NCBI GenBank assembly: GCA_024276425.1
Contig: JAJRXF010000054.1
Coordinates: 1,401-65,400 of the forward strand
Direction: 5' to 3'
DNA length: 64,000 nucleotides
Source of the DNA: Actinomycetes bacterium
Lineage (GTDB): Bacteria; Actinomycetota; Acidimicrobiia; Acidimicrobiales; SZUA-35
In this document: positions 17,665 through 25,851 of the stretch, in pieces
How the letters are laid out: each line of letters begins with the position of its first letter
How positions within the stretch are numbered: the first letter of the stretch is position 1
The notes under the pieces: model-generated
What the model saw: only the letters and a program-made list of their open reading frames with translations
Database searches by the model: none
What the model was told of the DNA's origin: nothing
Translations under genes and position numbers: made by a program

Positions 17665-18249
17665 CTAAGAAGACTCTTCGACAGCTGCAGCCTTAGCCGC
17701 TTCCGCCTCTTCACGAGCCTTCTTGGCTTGTTTTTTGTTGTCCGGCCCAAGAACCATGGTCATATTGCGACCATCGAGCCGAGGGTATGCCTCAATCTTT
17801 GCTATGTCATCAGTGCGTTCGGCGATGTCGTCAAGAATCTTGCGTCCCAATTCTGGGTGCGTCACCTCTCGGCCTCGGAACATGATGGTGATCTTGACCT
17901 TGTGACCCTCATTGAGGAATCGTTCCACTTTTCGGGTCTTGGTATTGAAATCACCACCACCAATCTTTGGTCGATACTTCATCTCCTTCACACTGACATG
18001 GCTGGCCTTCTTGCGAGATTCCTTCGCCCGCTGTGCAGCCTCATATTTGTATTTCCCATAGTCCATAATTCGAACAACGGGCGGATTGGCCTTGTCTGCA
18101 ACTTCAACAAGATCCAGTTCGAGTTCCCTGGCGAGTGACAGGGCTTCGGGCATTGGCTTAATTCCCAACTGTTCGCCGTCGGCGGCAATCAGTCGGACTT
18201 CGCGAGCACGGATCTTCTCGTTGATCCGTGGCTCAGTTGGCGCAGCTAT
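17665..18249 (-). CDS. infC: Translation initiation factor IF-3 (probable non-AUG ATA start)
   Basis: The ORF track starts at an internal TTG (18168), but the conserved N-terminus INEKIRAREVRLIAADGEQLGI continues upstream in frame to a TGA. The only plausible start is ATA 18249-18247, 9 nt after GAGGAG. Confidence 0.88.
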   Translation of the reverse strand: MAAPTEPRINEKIRAREVRLIAADGEQLGIKPMPEALSLARELELDLVEVADKANPPVVRIMDYGKYKYEAAQRAKESRKKASHVSVKEMKYRPKIGGGDFNTKTRKVERFLNEGHKVKITIMFRGREVTHPELGRKILDDIAERTDDIAKIEAYPRLDGRNMTMVLGPDNKKQAKKAREEAEAAKAAAVEESS

Positions 18250-18525
18250 TGCTGATCACTCCTCATGCAGGCGCTTGTCCTTTCGGGGCGGATGTTGGTC
18301 CGGCGCATCGTGTTCGGTTGGTCTTCGTACTGTCGTCAAGGAAGAGAAACCCACGATCCACCGCCATCTCACGCCCGGATTTTGCACTAGCCAGTACAAG
18401 ATCCAGCACCTCAGGTGACTGTATTGACCATGGCACACTCCGGTATTCTGGGTGGCCAGGTGGGGCGTGAGCCCTCTTTCTCTCAGACAGCCGGAAACTC
18501 TAGCAGGTTGCGGTAACTTCCATAC

Positions 18526-19011
18526 ATGACTCTGTGGACACCTGATGGGGAGTACCCCATCAAGCCAAAACCTGAACAGCCACCCTCAGACTCCAAACCT
18601 GAGGGCGAAGCCACGACCTCGAAGCCTTCAACCCCGGCGCACGAGACTGAACTCACGCCAGAGCAAGAGGAACAAGCTCGTGTGATGGCCCAGGGCCTTT
18701 CGGAGGCTCGCCAACAGTTACTCGAGGCCAACGTGGCCGATGTGGTGGCCAACCATGCCTTCGGCCTCTATGAACTCGCAGCCATACACCTGACCGCGGA
18801 CAAGCCTGACATGGCAGCGGCACGGCTTGGGATCGATGCCCTCGGCGCCGTCGTCGAAGGCCTGACCGGTCGCCTAGGAGAGGCGGAACAAACGCTGACA
18901 GAGGCCCTCCAACAGATCCGACTGATGTTTGTGCAGCGCACAACCCAACTCAAGAATGCAACAGACAGCAAAGACCAGGGCCAGGACTCAAGTCAAGGAC
19001 AGGACGACTAG
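18526..19011 (+). CDS. DUF1844-like protein (acidic, Pro-rich N-terminus)
   Basis: 161-aa ORF. The core VADVVANHAFGLYELAAIHL..AARLGIDALGAVVEGL resembles DUF1844, a family I recall as often neighbouring infC in actinobacteria. Confidence 0.55.
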   Translation: MTLWTPDGEYPIKPKPEQPPSDSKPEGEATTSKPSTPAHETELTPEQEEQARVMAQGLSEARQQLLEANVADVVANHAFGLYELAAIHLTADKPDMAAARLGIDALGAVVEGLTGRLGEAEQTLTEALQQIRLMFVQRTTQLKNATDSKDQGQDSSQGQDD

Positions 19012-19046
19012 CTGGCAGTGCTAGTTGGCAGTGCTAGCTGGCAGTG
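19008..19046. repeat. 3 x 13-nt tandem repeat CTAG(C/T)TGGCAGTG spanning both convergent stop codons
   Basis: CTAGCTGGCAGTG CTAGTTGGCAGTG CTAGCTGGCAGTG. TAG in unit 1 ends the DUF1844 gene and CTA in unit 3 ends the GGDEF-EAL gene. Confidence 0.9.
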
Positions 19047-21283
19047 TTCTGAGCGAAGTCACCGTCTCGCTCGGTGGCGCTCGGTTCTGGTATGGCGAAG
19101 GTCTTGGTGAGGATGGTTGCCATCTGTTCACCGGGTGCTGGCCGCTGGAAGTAGTAACCCTGAATCTTGTCGACTCCCAAACTTCTCAGCACACAGACTT
19201 GATCTCGATCTTCAACCCCTTCAGCAACGACTTCCATCCCAACCGACGCTGCCAAGGCCACGATTGCCGTGATGATTTTCCGATCAACAGAGTGAGTGGC
19301 AACGTCGATAACAAAGGCCCGGTCGATTTTTAGGGTCGAAACCATGTCAAGGCGTTTGAGTTGTCCCAGCGAAGCTCGACTCGTACCAAAGTCATCGATA
19401 GCCAACTGGACTCCCATATTGACCAGTTCGTACAAGATGCTGAGACTATTGTCGAGACGATCAACAATCAGTTCTTCGGTAAGTTCTAGTTCGAGTTGGG
19501 ACGGCTCGATGCCCGTTTCCTTTAACACTCGACGCACCGTGTCGACCAGACCCGCATCAAGCAATTGTCGTTCGGCCACGTTGACCGAGACCATGACCTT
19601 ACGCCCGGTTGCAAGACTCCAGAGGGCGGATTGACGGCATGCTTCTCGAAGCACATGCTCACCAACGTCAACGATCAGCCCGGACTCGGCGGCAACCGAG
19701 AGGAACTCTCCTGGCGGGATCATGCCCCGCTTTGGATGATTCCATCGGACCAGGGCCTCAACCCGGTTCACCTCTCCAGAGTCAAGATCGACAATCGGTT
19801 GGTAGTGGACCACCAGTTGCCCAAGACGGATGGCACTGCGCAACTCTTGCTCGACCTCAAGTCGGGCAAGAGCTTGAGCCCGAAGTTCACTATCGAAAAC
19901 CTCGAACCGTGCTCCACCATCTGCTTTTGCCCGATGCATGGCCGAGTCGGCGTCTCGTAGCAAATCCTCAGCCAAGGAGCCCAAAATCGGACCGTAGGAA
20001 ATGCCAATACTGCCGCTCAACATTTTCGTTGATTGATCGCTAAGCATCGCTGGCTCCTTCAGTGATTCCAGTGCTCGCTCGGCCAGACCAGTTAGATCCC
20101 CTACCCCATCAATCCCATCACAAACAACAACAAACTCATCTCCACCGAACCGGCCCACCGTGTCCTGTTCACGAACAATAGACCGTAATCGCTTGGCCAC
20201 AATCGCCAGGACTTCATCGCCGGCCCGGTGCCCCATAGAGTCGTTAATAACCTTCAACCGATCCAGGTCAAGAAACAAGATCCCGACGCTGCCGCTGACC
20301 TTACTACCTGGCCGCGGGGCCTCGGACCCATCGAGAACCCGTTCCAGGCGTTCGGTTATTCCGGCCCGGTTGAGCAGGCCGGTCAGGGGGTCATGACTAG
20401 CGTCATACTCGCTCCGCTCCAATCTGCCCACAGTCATTGCATGTGATCTCGTACTTAGAAGTAGGAGGCCAGTGATACCCGAAACAGCAAGCCCGGCTAA
20501 CAGAGCCAACCAGGAAGTCGTTCGGTTGGCGTAGAGCCCCTCGCTGTTCCCCTGCAGGACCCATTGGGCATCATCTTGAACAAAGACCACACTCTCACCC
20601 ACCGTTTTGGAGTCGTTGGCCGCTCCAGTGGAGAAGACATGCTGCCCATCGACCAGCAGGTCGAATGATGCCGGGCGGTCAGTTTGTGTACTGCGCAACC
20701 CAGCAAAGACCCGTTCGATATCCAGTTGTCCCACAAAGGTCTGCGTTGGGGTGGCATTGAGTTTGCTGGGCTCGTGGGAAGAAGGACCAGGAGAAGAAGG
20801 AGAGGAAGAGGGAGAGGGAGAGGGAATAGCCAGGGTCAACGTCAAGTATTGGCGCCCGGCCCACTCGATGTCAGCAGGCCCAGCCGCCGAGAGATTCTCA
20901 TCGATTCCCTCAACTAACCCCTCGAAGGTCCATTCTCTGGCACCCTGCGCATCAAGAAGGAACAGTCGAAAGCTGCCCCGGTCAAAGGAAGCAAAACTTT
21001 CCTCAAAACTCTGACTGTCTTGGACCCCCTGAGCAAACTGAAGAATGGCCTTGCCAAACTCATCAGCGCCCGATCTCAACTCCGAACCCTGAGTTAACAA
21101 GCGCCGTTGCTGGTCCACAATGGCCTGAGAGTTTTCAACCCCGCGCAAGCCCGACCACGCAAACAAACTGATTCCCGCCCCCACCACAACAACCAGGGCA
21201 GCAAGCGGGATCCCACGAAGAAGACAAACAAGGCGTTCGGACAGGGAAAGATCTGTCTCCGGGCGAATTTCGGCACTCACCAC
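19034..21283 (-). CDS. Membrane-anchored GGDEF-EAL protein (diguanylate cyclase/phosphodiesterase) with an N-terminal extracytoplasmic sensor region
   Basis: 749-aa ORF with two TM segments flanking ~220 aa that include an SPSPSSSPSSPGPSS linker. RFGGDEF with an RxxD I-site (REQD) 5 residues upstream. EAL motifs VEALVRW, DDFGT, KIDRAF, EGVE, QGYYFQRP. Confidence 0.9.
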   Translation of the reverse strand: MVSAEIRPETDLSLSERLVCLLRGIPLAALVVVVGAGISLFAWSGLRGVENSQAIVDQQRRLLTQGSELRSGADEFGKAILQFAQGVQDSQSFEESFASFDRGSFRLFLLDAQGAREWTFEGLVEGIDENLSAAGPADIEWAGRQYLTLTLAIPSPSPSSSPSSPGPSSHEPSKLNATPTQTFVGQLDIERVFAGLRSTQTDRPASFDLLVDGQHVFSTGAANDSKTVGESVVFVQDDAQWVLQGNSEGLYANRTTSWLALLAGLAVSGITGLLLLSTRSHAMTVGRLERSEYDASHDPLTGLLNRAGITERLERVLDGSEAPRPGSKVSGSVGILFLDLDRLKVINDSMGHRAGDEVLAIVAKRLRSIVREQDTVGRFGGDEFVVVCDGIDGVGDLTGLAERALESLKEPAMLSDQSTKMLSGSIGISYGPILGSLAEDLLRDADSAMHRAKADGGARFEVFDSELRAQALARLEVEQELRSAIRLGQLVVHYQPIVDLDSGEVNRVEALVRWNHPKRGMIPPGEFLSVAAESGLIVDVGEHVLREACRQSALWSLATGRKVMVSVNVAERQLLDAGLVDTVRRVLKETGIEPSQLELELTEELIVDRLDNSLSILYELVNMGVQLAIDDFGTSRASLGQLKRLDMVSTLKIDRAFVIDVATHSVDRKIITAIVALAASVGMEVVAEGVEDRDQVCVLRSLGVDKIQGYYFQRPAPGEQMATILTKTFAIPEPSATERDGDFAQNTAS

Positions 21284-21286
21284 TAC

Positions 21287-21526
21287 CTATCGGCCGTCTG
21301 ACCCCCGGATTGAAGCCACTGCGACTGCCTCCCATTGCCCGGGACCTCCGGCCCTTATCCAAAAGCAAACCGGAGCGTCGGGTTCAATGTGGCGACTACC
21401 ATCACGAATCTGGGTGCAGTGAAACTTCCACTGGCCGGAGTTGTCGGAGCGGGCAACCGTGCCCAGGCCACGCTCACCATCAAAATCAACCACATATCCC
21501 AGTTGCAATTCACCGATTTCTGGCAT
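21287..21526 (-). CDS. Small cold-shock-domain-like (OB-fold) protein, divergent
   Basis: 79-aa ORF. GYVVDFDGERGLGTVA..WKFHCTQI..VCFWI..GQWEAVAV follows CspA spacing, but the RNP1/RNP2 aromatic residues are replaced. Its ATG overlaps the mog TAA (TAATG). Confidence 0.5.
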   Translation of the reverse strand: MPEIGELQLGYVVDFDGERGLGTVARSDNSGQWKFHCTQIRDGSRHIEPDAPVCFWIRAGGPGQWEAVAVASIRGSDGR

Positions 21527-22068
21527 TAGTGGGGCCGCCCGCCCGACATCAGATCAATGGCATGAGGGACAATGTCAAGTACCGCTTCAATGGTCTCGAC
21601 CGTTCCCTTGGTCGATCCGGGAGTGTTCAGAATGAGAGCTTCACCCCGCGTTCCAGCCAAGGCCCTACTCAATCGCCCCAGCCCTGTTGGGTTGCAAAGC
21701 CGCATGGCCTCAGCCAAGCCGGGGGCCTCACGCTCGAGCGCCTTCGCAGTCCCCTCTGGGGTTAAGTCCCGGGGGCCAAACCCCGTACCCCCGGTGGTTA
21801 CAACAAGCCCATTGAACCCTTCACTCGCTTTGACAAGAGCGTCAAACACCTCATCGATACCATCCGAAATTTGGAGGCGCTCAACGACCGTCCACCCAGC
21901 CGTTGTCAAACAATCCTGGAGCGCCTCCCCGGACTTGTCCTCGCGGATACCGGCTACAACCCCATCAGATACCGTGATGACTTTGGCCAGCAAAGCGTGC
22001 GATTGGGTGGGGTCAGATTTCTCAAATGAAGTCACCGGTCCAGTCTGCCCCCTAACGTGTCCACTCAT
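21526..22068 (-). CDS. mog: Molybdenum cofactor biosynthesis protein MogA/MoaB family
   Basis: ORF 21526..22083 (VITVSDGVVAGIREDKSG, TTGGTGFGPRDLTPEG). Start is ATG 22068 or TTG 22083. Confidence 0.85.
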   Translation of the reverse strand: MSGHVRGQTGPVTSFEKSDPTQSHALLAKVITVSDGVVAGIREDKSGEALQDCLTTAGWTVVERLQISDGIDEVFDALVKASEGFNGLVVTTGGTGFGPRDLTPEGTAKALEREAPGLAEAMRLCNPTGLGRLSRALAGTRGEALILNTPGSTKGTVETIEAVLDIVPHAIDLMSGGRPH

Positions 22069-23236
22069 GGCCAATTTTTCCAAACAACCAGACGAGGGCT
22101 TCTACGCTGGTCTTCGACCGGAGTCAGTGGCAGTTCTCGAGGGGCGCCCAACTGGGGGAGGCTCACCACTAAACACCCCCATCAACGTGGCCTCAAACTT
22201 CCGGGCTGGCGAAGCAACGGCGGGACTCCAACATGCCACAACTCGGGTCTATAGCCGAGCCGACGGCACCGAGTCTTGGGCTGCCTTCGAGGCTGCGGTT
22301 GGCAGGCTCGAAGGTGGCGATGCCGTCTCGTTCTCCTCCGGAATGGCAGCGGTGTCAGCCGTCTTTGCCGGACTTCAACCTGGTTCTGTCGTCATCATTC
22401 CTGACGATTGTTATCAGGGTGTCGCCATGGTGGCCGCCGACGGAGAACAACGATTGGGCTGGAAGGTTCTTCGATTAAGAACTGCCGAGACTGGAGCATG
22501 GCTCAATCAGATGGAATCTGCCGATCTGGTCTGGATCGAATCACCATCGAATCCCCTCCTGGAAGTAGCCAATGTCCCCGTCATCTGCCAGGCGGCCTCA
22601 AGCGCAGGAGTAGTTAGTGCGGTCGACAACACATTCGCCACTCCTCTGCTGCAGCGGCCATTGGACCATGGCGCAACCTTTAGCGTGCACAGTGCGACCA
22701 AGTTCATCGGTGGTCACGCCGACTTGTTGTCCGGGGTAGTCGTCTCCCGAGATAGACAAGCCCTTGACTCCGTGCGGCTTCGCCGGACCCTTGGAGGAGC
22801 AACGCCGGGTGCATTGGAGTCCTTTCTTGCGTTGCGTGGGCTCCGGACATTACCGATCAGGCTCGAGCGGTCTCAACAAACGGCCCTCGAACTAGCCATC
22901 CGACTTCGTGAGCATCGGATTGTGACCAGGGTTCGCTATCCCGGTCTGCCCGAGCATCCCGGTCACGACCTCGCCGCTTCTGTCATGAATGGTCCGGGTT
23001 CTGTTCTGAGCTTCGAAACCGTTGGGTCAGCAGTTTCTACTGATGTGCGCATTTCTCGCCTCCGCCTGATTACCTCCGCCACAAGTTTAGGGGGAGTCGA
23101 AACCACCATTGAGCGCCGGAATCGCCTGCCCGGACAGGAGAGGATCCCCCCTACCCTGATGCGCCTCAGTGTCGGTATCGAGCACATCGAAGACCTGTGG
23201 GATGACCTCAATCAGGCCCTGGATGGGGTTGTTTAA
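22067..23236 (+). CDS. Cys/Met-metabolism PLP enzyme (cystathionine gamma-synthase / O-succinylhomoserine sulfhydrylase family)
   Basis: C-terminal ~390 aa of ORF 21572..23236 (FSSGMAAVSAVF, SATKFIGGHADLLSGVVV with the PLP Lys, LGGVETTIERR). The first 165 codons of the track ORF are antisense to mog and are rejected. Start is ATG 22067 or a downstream GTG. Confidence 0.8.
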   Translation: MANFSKQPDEGFYAGLRPESVAVLEGRPTGGGSPLNTPINVASNFRAGEATAGLQHATTRVYSRADGTESWAAFEAAVGRLEGGDAVSFSSGMAAVSAVFAGLQPGSVVIIPDDCYQGVAMVAADGEQRLGWKVLRLRTAETGAWLNQMESADLVWIESPSNPLLEVANVPVICQAASSAGVVSAVDNTFATPLLQRPLDHGATFSVHSATKFIGGHADLLSGVVVSRDRQALDSVRLRRTLGGATPGALESFLALRGLRTLPIRLERSQQTALELAIRLREHRIVTRVRYPGLPEHPGHDLAASVMNGPGSVLSFETVGSAVSTDVRISRLRLITSATSLGGVETTIERRNRLPGQERIPPTLMRLSVGIEHIEDLWDDLNQALDGVV

Positions 23237-23314
23237 GAGCAATGCGCCCCAGATCTAGCAATCGGCTCTGGCGTCGGACTCAAAGGAATGCCATACTGCG
23301 ACCCTGACCTGACC

Positions 23315-23344
23315 CGAGCACCCGCCCTTCGGCCGGTGCTCGGC
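23315..23344 (+). terminator. Hairpin downstream of the metB-like gene
   Basis: CCGAGCACC-cgcccttcggcc-GGTGCTCGG, a 9-bp stem with no U-tract. Confidence 0.3.
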
Positions 23345-23364
23345 TCGCGAACCAGGAGAACAGT

Positions 23365-24579
23365 GTGAAGATTCTATTTGCCGACTCGGTCGATCAGAGC
23401 CGACTGGGATCGCTTACTGAAGCTGGCCACGAATGTGTCATCGTGCCGAGTCTCACGGCCGACACTCTCCCAGACGCCATCGCAGACAGCGAGGTCTTGG
23501 TTGTACGCAGTACCAAGGTCACCCGGGCAACAATCGAGTCGGCCAGCGAGCTAGCACTCATTGTCCGAGCCGGTGCCGGGACAGACAATATCGACCGGGA
23601 CGCGGCCTCCGCCGCCGGAATCTATGTCTGCAATGTGCCCGGACAGAACGCCATTGCGGTATCCGAACTCACTATGGGCCTGCTTCTGGCCATTGACCGC
23701 CGGTTGGCCGACAACGTCTCAGATCTCCGCCAAGGGATATGGGACAAGGCTCGCTACACCAAGGCTGACGGACTGGCTGGCAAACACCTCGCCATTGTCG
23801 GATTGGGCGACATCGGCCTCGCCGTAGCCGAACGAGCGAAGGCCTTCGGTCTTTCGGTTATCGCCGTTCGCAAGGATCATCGATCGCCAGCCGTGCAGGC
23901 CCGAATCCGCAGTATCGGAATCCGCCTTGTCGACAACGAAGATCAACTTCTCTCAGACTGCGACATTGTCTCCATCCACGTGCCCAAATCGGCCGAGACC
24001 GTCGGGATGGTGGATGCAGCCTTTCTCGCGAAACTTCCCGACAACGCCATTGTTCTCAACACCTCAAGGGGTGACGTTATTGATGAGGACGCCCTTATAA
24101 ATGCCATGGACCAGCGTGGCTTCCGCGCCGGTCTTGATGTGTGGATCGGTGAGCCACCAACATCGTCGGGGACCTTCCAGAGCAGACTCGCCCAACACCC
24201 GGCTGTGGTTGGCACCCACCACATCGGCGCCTCGACCCGCCAGGCGCAAGAGGCTGTCGCTGACGGCACAGTTGGAGTTATTTCGGCCTATATCGCCGGT
24301 TCGGTCACCAACTGCGTGAACCTCGCCGACGAGGCGCACGGCAACAGGATTCTCAGTATTCGCCACCTGGACCAGGTTGGCGTTCTGGCCAAGGTTCTGG
24401 CCGTTATCCGATTTCACGGATTGAGTGTCAAGCAGATGCAGAACCAGGTCTTTAGTGGCGGACAGGCCGCGGTAGCTACCATCAATGTGGATGGCCAATG
24501 CAGCGATGACTTCCTAAGCGCCCTGTCTGACATTGATGAGGTGCTGGCCATCTCTACCAGCACAGCCGGCGGTTTCTAG
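23365..24579 (+). CDS. serA: D-3-phosphoglycerate dehydrogenase-like 2-hydroxyacid dehydrogenase with C-terminal ACT-like domain
   Basis: 404-aa ORF with NAD motif GLGDIGLAVAERA, catalytic region NTSRG..D..HIGAST and a ~75-aa C-terminal regulatory tail. GTG start. Confidence 0.8.
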   Translation: MKILFADSVDQSRLGSLTEAGHECVIVPSLTADTLPDAIADSEVLVVRSTKVTRATIESASELALIVRAGAGTDNIDRDAASAAGIYVCNVPGQNAIAVSELTMGLLLAIDRRLADNVSDLRQGIWDKARYTKADGLAGKHLAIVGLGDIGLAVAERAKAFGLSVIAVRKDHRSPAVQARIRSIGIRLVDNEDQLLSDCDIVSIHVPKSAETVGMVDAAFLAKLPDNAIVLNTSRGDVIDEDALINAMDQRGFRAGLDVWIGEPPTSSGTFQSRLAQHPAVVGTHHIGASTRQAQEAVADGTVGVISAYIAGSVTNCVNLADEAHGNRILSIRHLDQVGVLAKVLAVIRFHGLSVKQMQNQVFSGGQAAVATINVDGQCSDDFLSALSDIDEVLAISTSTAGGF

Positions 24580-25851
24580 ATGGCCGATGTGAAACCGGTT
24601 GCTTTGCGAGTTGTTGAGGAAACCTTCGCCAACGAGGTGCCCTCTCCAGCCCACGACTCACTGACGGCCGCGGGCCGTCGCGCCCACCTTGAGGCAAAGC
24701 CAGCTAGTTATCTGGCAGTAACCCGTGGTCCGGAAGACCTGGAACCTGGTCAGGAAATGACCAACGAAGAACTCCTCCAGGAGGGAGCAGACGCGTTGGC
24801 CAAGCTCCTCGAACAGGGTGCCTTTGGGCCCATCCGCCCGGAATCCTTCTACCTCTACCAGTTGGAAACCCCTGACCATGTCCAAACGGCAATCATCGCC
24901 AATGTGGCAACCCAAGACTTTGCCGACGGAAACGTGCGGCTACACGAACTTGTGCAACTCGATCGAGCAACTCATCTCAGTCGCCACCTGGCCGTAGTCG
25001 CCGCCCAATCCAGCCCCATCGCCTTGGCCTATCGGGAGTCTCCTGCTCTCGCCCAAGTCCTCGAATCCGTGATGAGGGCGAAGGACCCCGACCTCACATT
25101 CTCCGGCGGCGACGGAGTTATTCAGAGGGTTTGGGAAGTACCTCATGCCCAATACGGCGTCAGAATTGAGGCACTCCTCCGCCCCGCCCCTCTCTACCTC
25201 ATCGATGGCCACCACCGGGCGGCGGCCGCCCGCGCTCATCAGCAGGCCGTTGGTGACGAGCCGAGCAATTACATCTTGAGCGCCATATTCTCCTCAGCGG
25301 AACTCCGCAATCGCGCCCATCATCGCATCCTGTCCCTGGGCGAGGGGACCGCTGACTTCCTGTCCCGATTGATGGAACGCCAAGAAGTACGCGTTGTCGA
25401 TTCCGACAACGAAGCGATGGCTCGCAAACAAGATGAAATCGCACTTTGGTTCGGGGGGCTCTGTTACCTGGTAACAGTCCCCTTCAACGGCCATCATGGA
25501 ACGGCGGCCTACAGCGGCGGCCTAGACAACACGAAGCTACCTCCAGTTCAGAACCGCTTGGAGAATCTAGATCCGGTCAGGCTTCAGCGGGGCATCATTG
25601 GTCCCCTACTTGGAGTTGACGGCTCCTGGTCTGGGGAGCAACTTAGCTACCGTCCCGGTGTCCATACCGTCAGCGAGCTACGACAAGATACCGAATTGAA
25701 CCGTGAAATTCTCTGTGTCATGCGGCCGGTCATGATTCGCGATCTGCTCGACGCCTCCGACGAGGGGCTCGTCATGCCACCTAAGTCGACCTATTTCGAA
25801 CCAAAAGCTCGATCTGGGGTGTTCCTGCGTCACCTCAACCAGGCACCCTGA
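24580..25851 (+). CDS. DUF1015 family protein (function unknown)
   Basis: 423-aa ORF. LYLIDGHHRAAAA and overall length fit my recollection of DUF1015 (PF06245). ATG immediately follows the serA TAG. Confidence 0.65.
   Translation: MADVKPVALRVVEETFANEVPSPAHDSLTAAGRRAHLEAKPASYLAVTRGPEDLEPGQEMTNEELLQEGADALAKLLEQGAFGPIRPESFYLYQLETPDHVQTAIIANVATQDFADGNVRLHELVQLDRATHLSRHLAVVAAQSSPIALAYRESPALAQVLESVMRAKDPDLTFSGGDGVIQRVWEVPHAQYGVRIEALLRPAPLYLIDGHHRAAAARAHQQAVGDEPSNYILSAIFSSAELRNRAHHRILSLGEGTADFLSRLMERQEVRVVDSDNEAMARKQDEIALWFGGLCYLVTVPFNGHHGTAAYSGGLDNTKLPPVQNRLENLDPVRLQRGIIGPLLGVDGSWSGEQLSYRPGVHTVSELRQDTELNREILCVMRPVMIRDLLDASDEGLVMPPKSTYFEPKARSGVFLRHLNQAP

Noticed and set aside
20775-20830. Purine-rich GGAGAA/GGGAGA reiteration that looks like a DNA repeat
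   Set aside because: It is the coding sequence of the SPSPSSSPSSPGPSS linker in the periplasmic part of the GGDEF-EAL protein, so it is protein low-complexity rather than a regulatory repeat.
21572-22066. N-terminal 165 codons of the 554-aa track ORF 21572..23236, which would make a giant PLP enzyme
   Set aside because: This part is antisense to mog and Ser/Pro/Ala-rich without motifs. Cys/Met PLP enzyme homology only begins near 22067.
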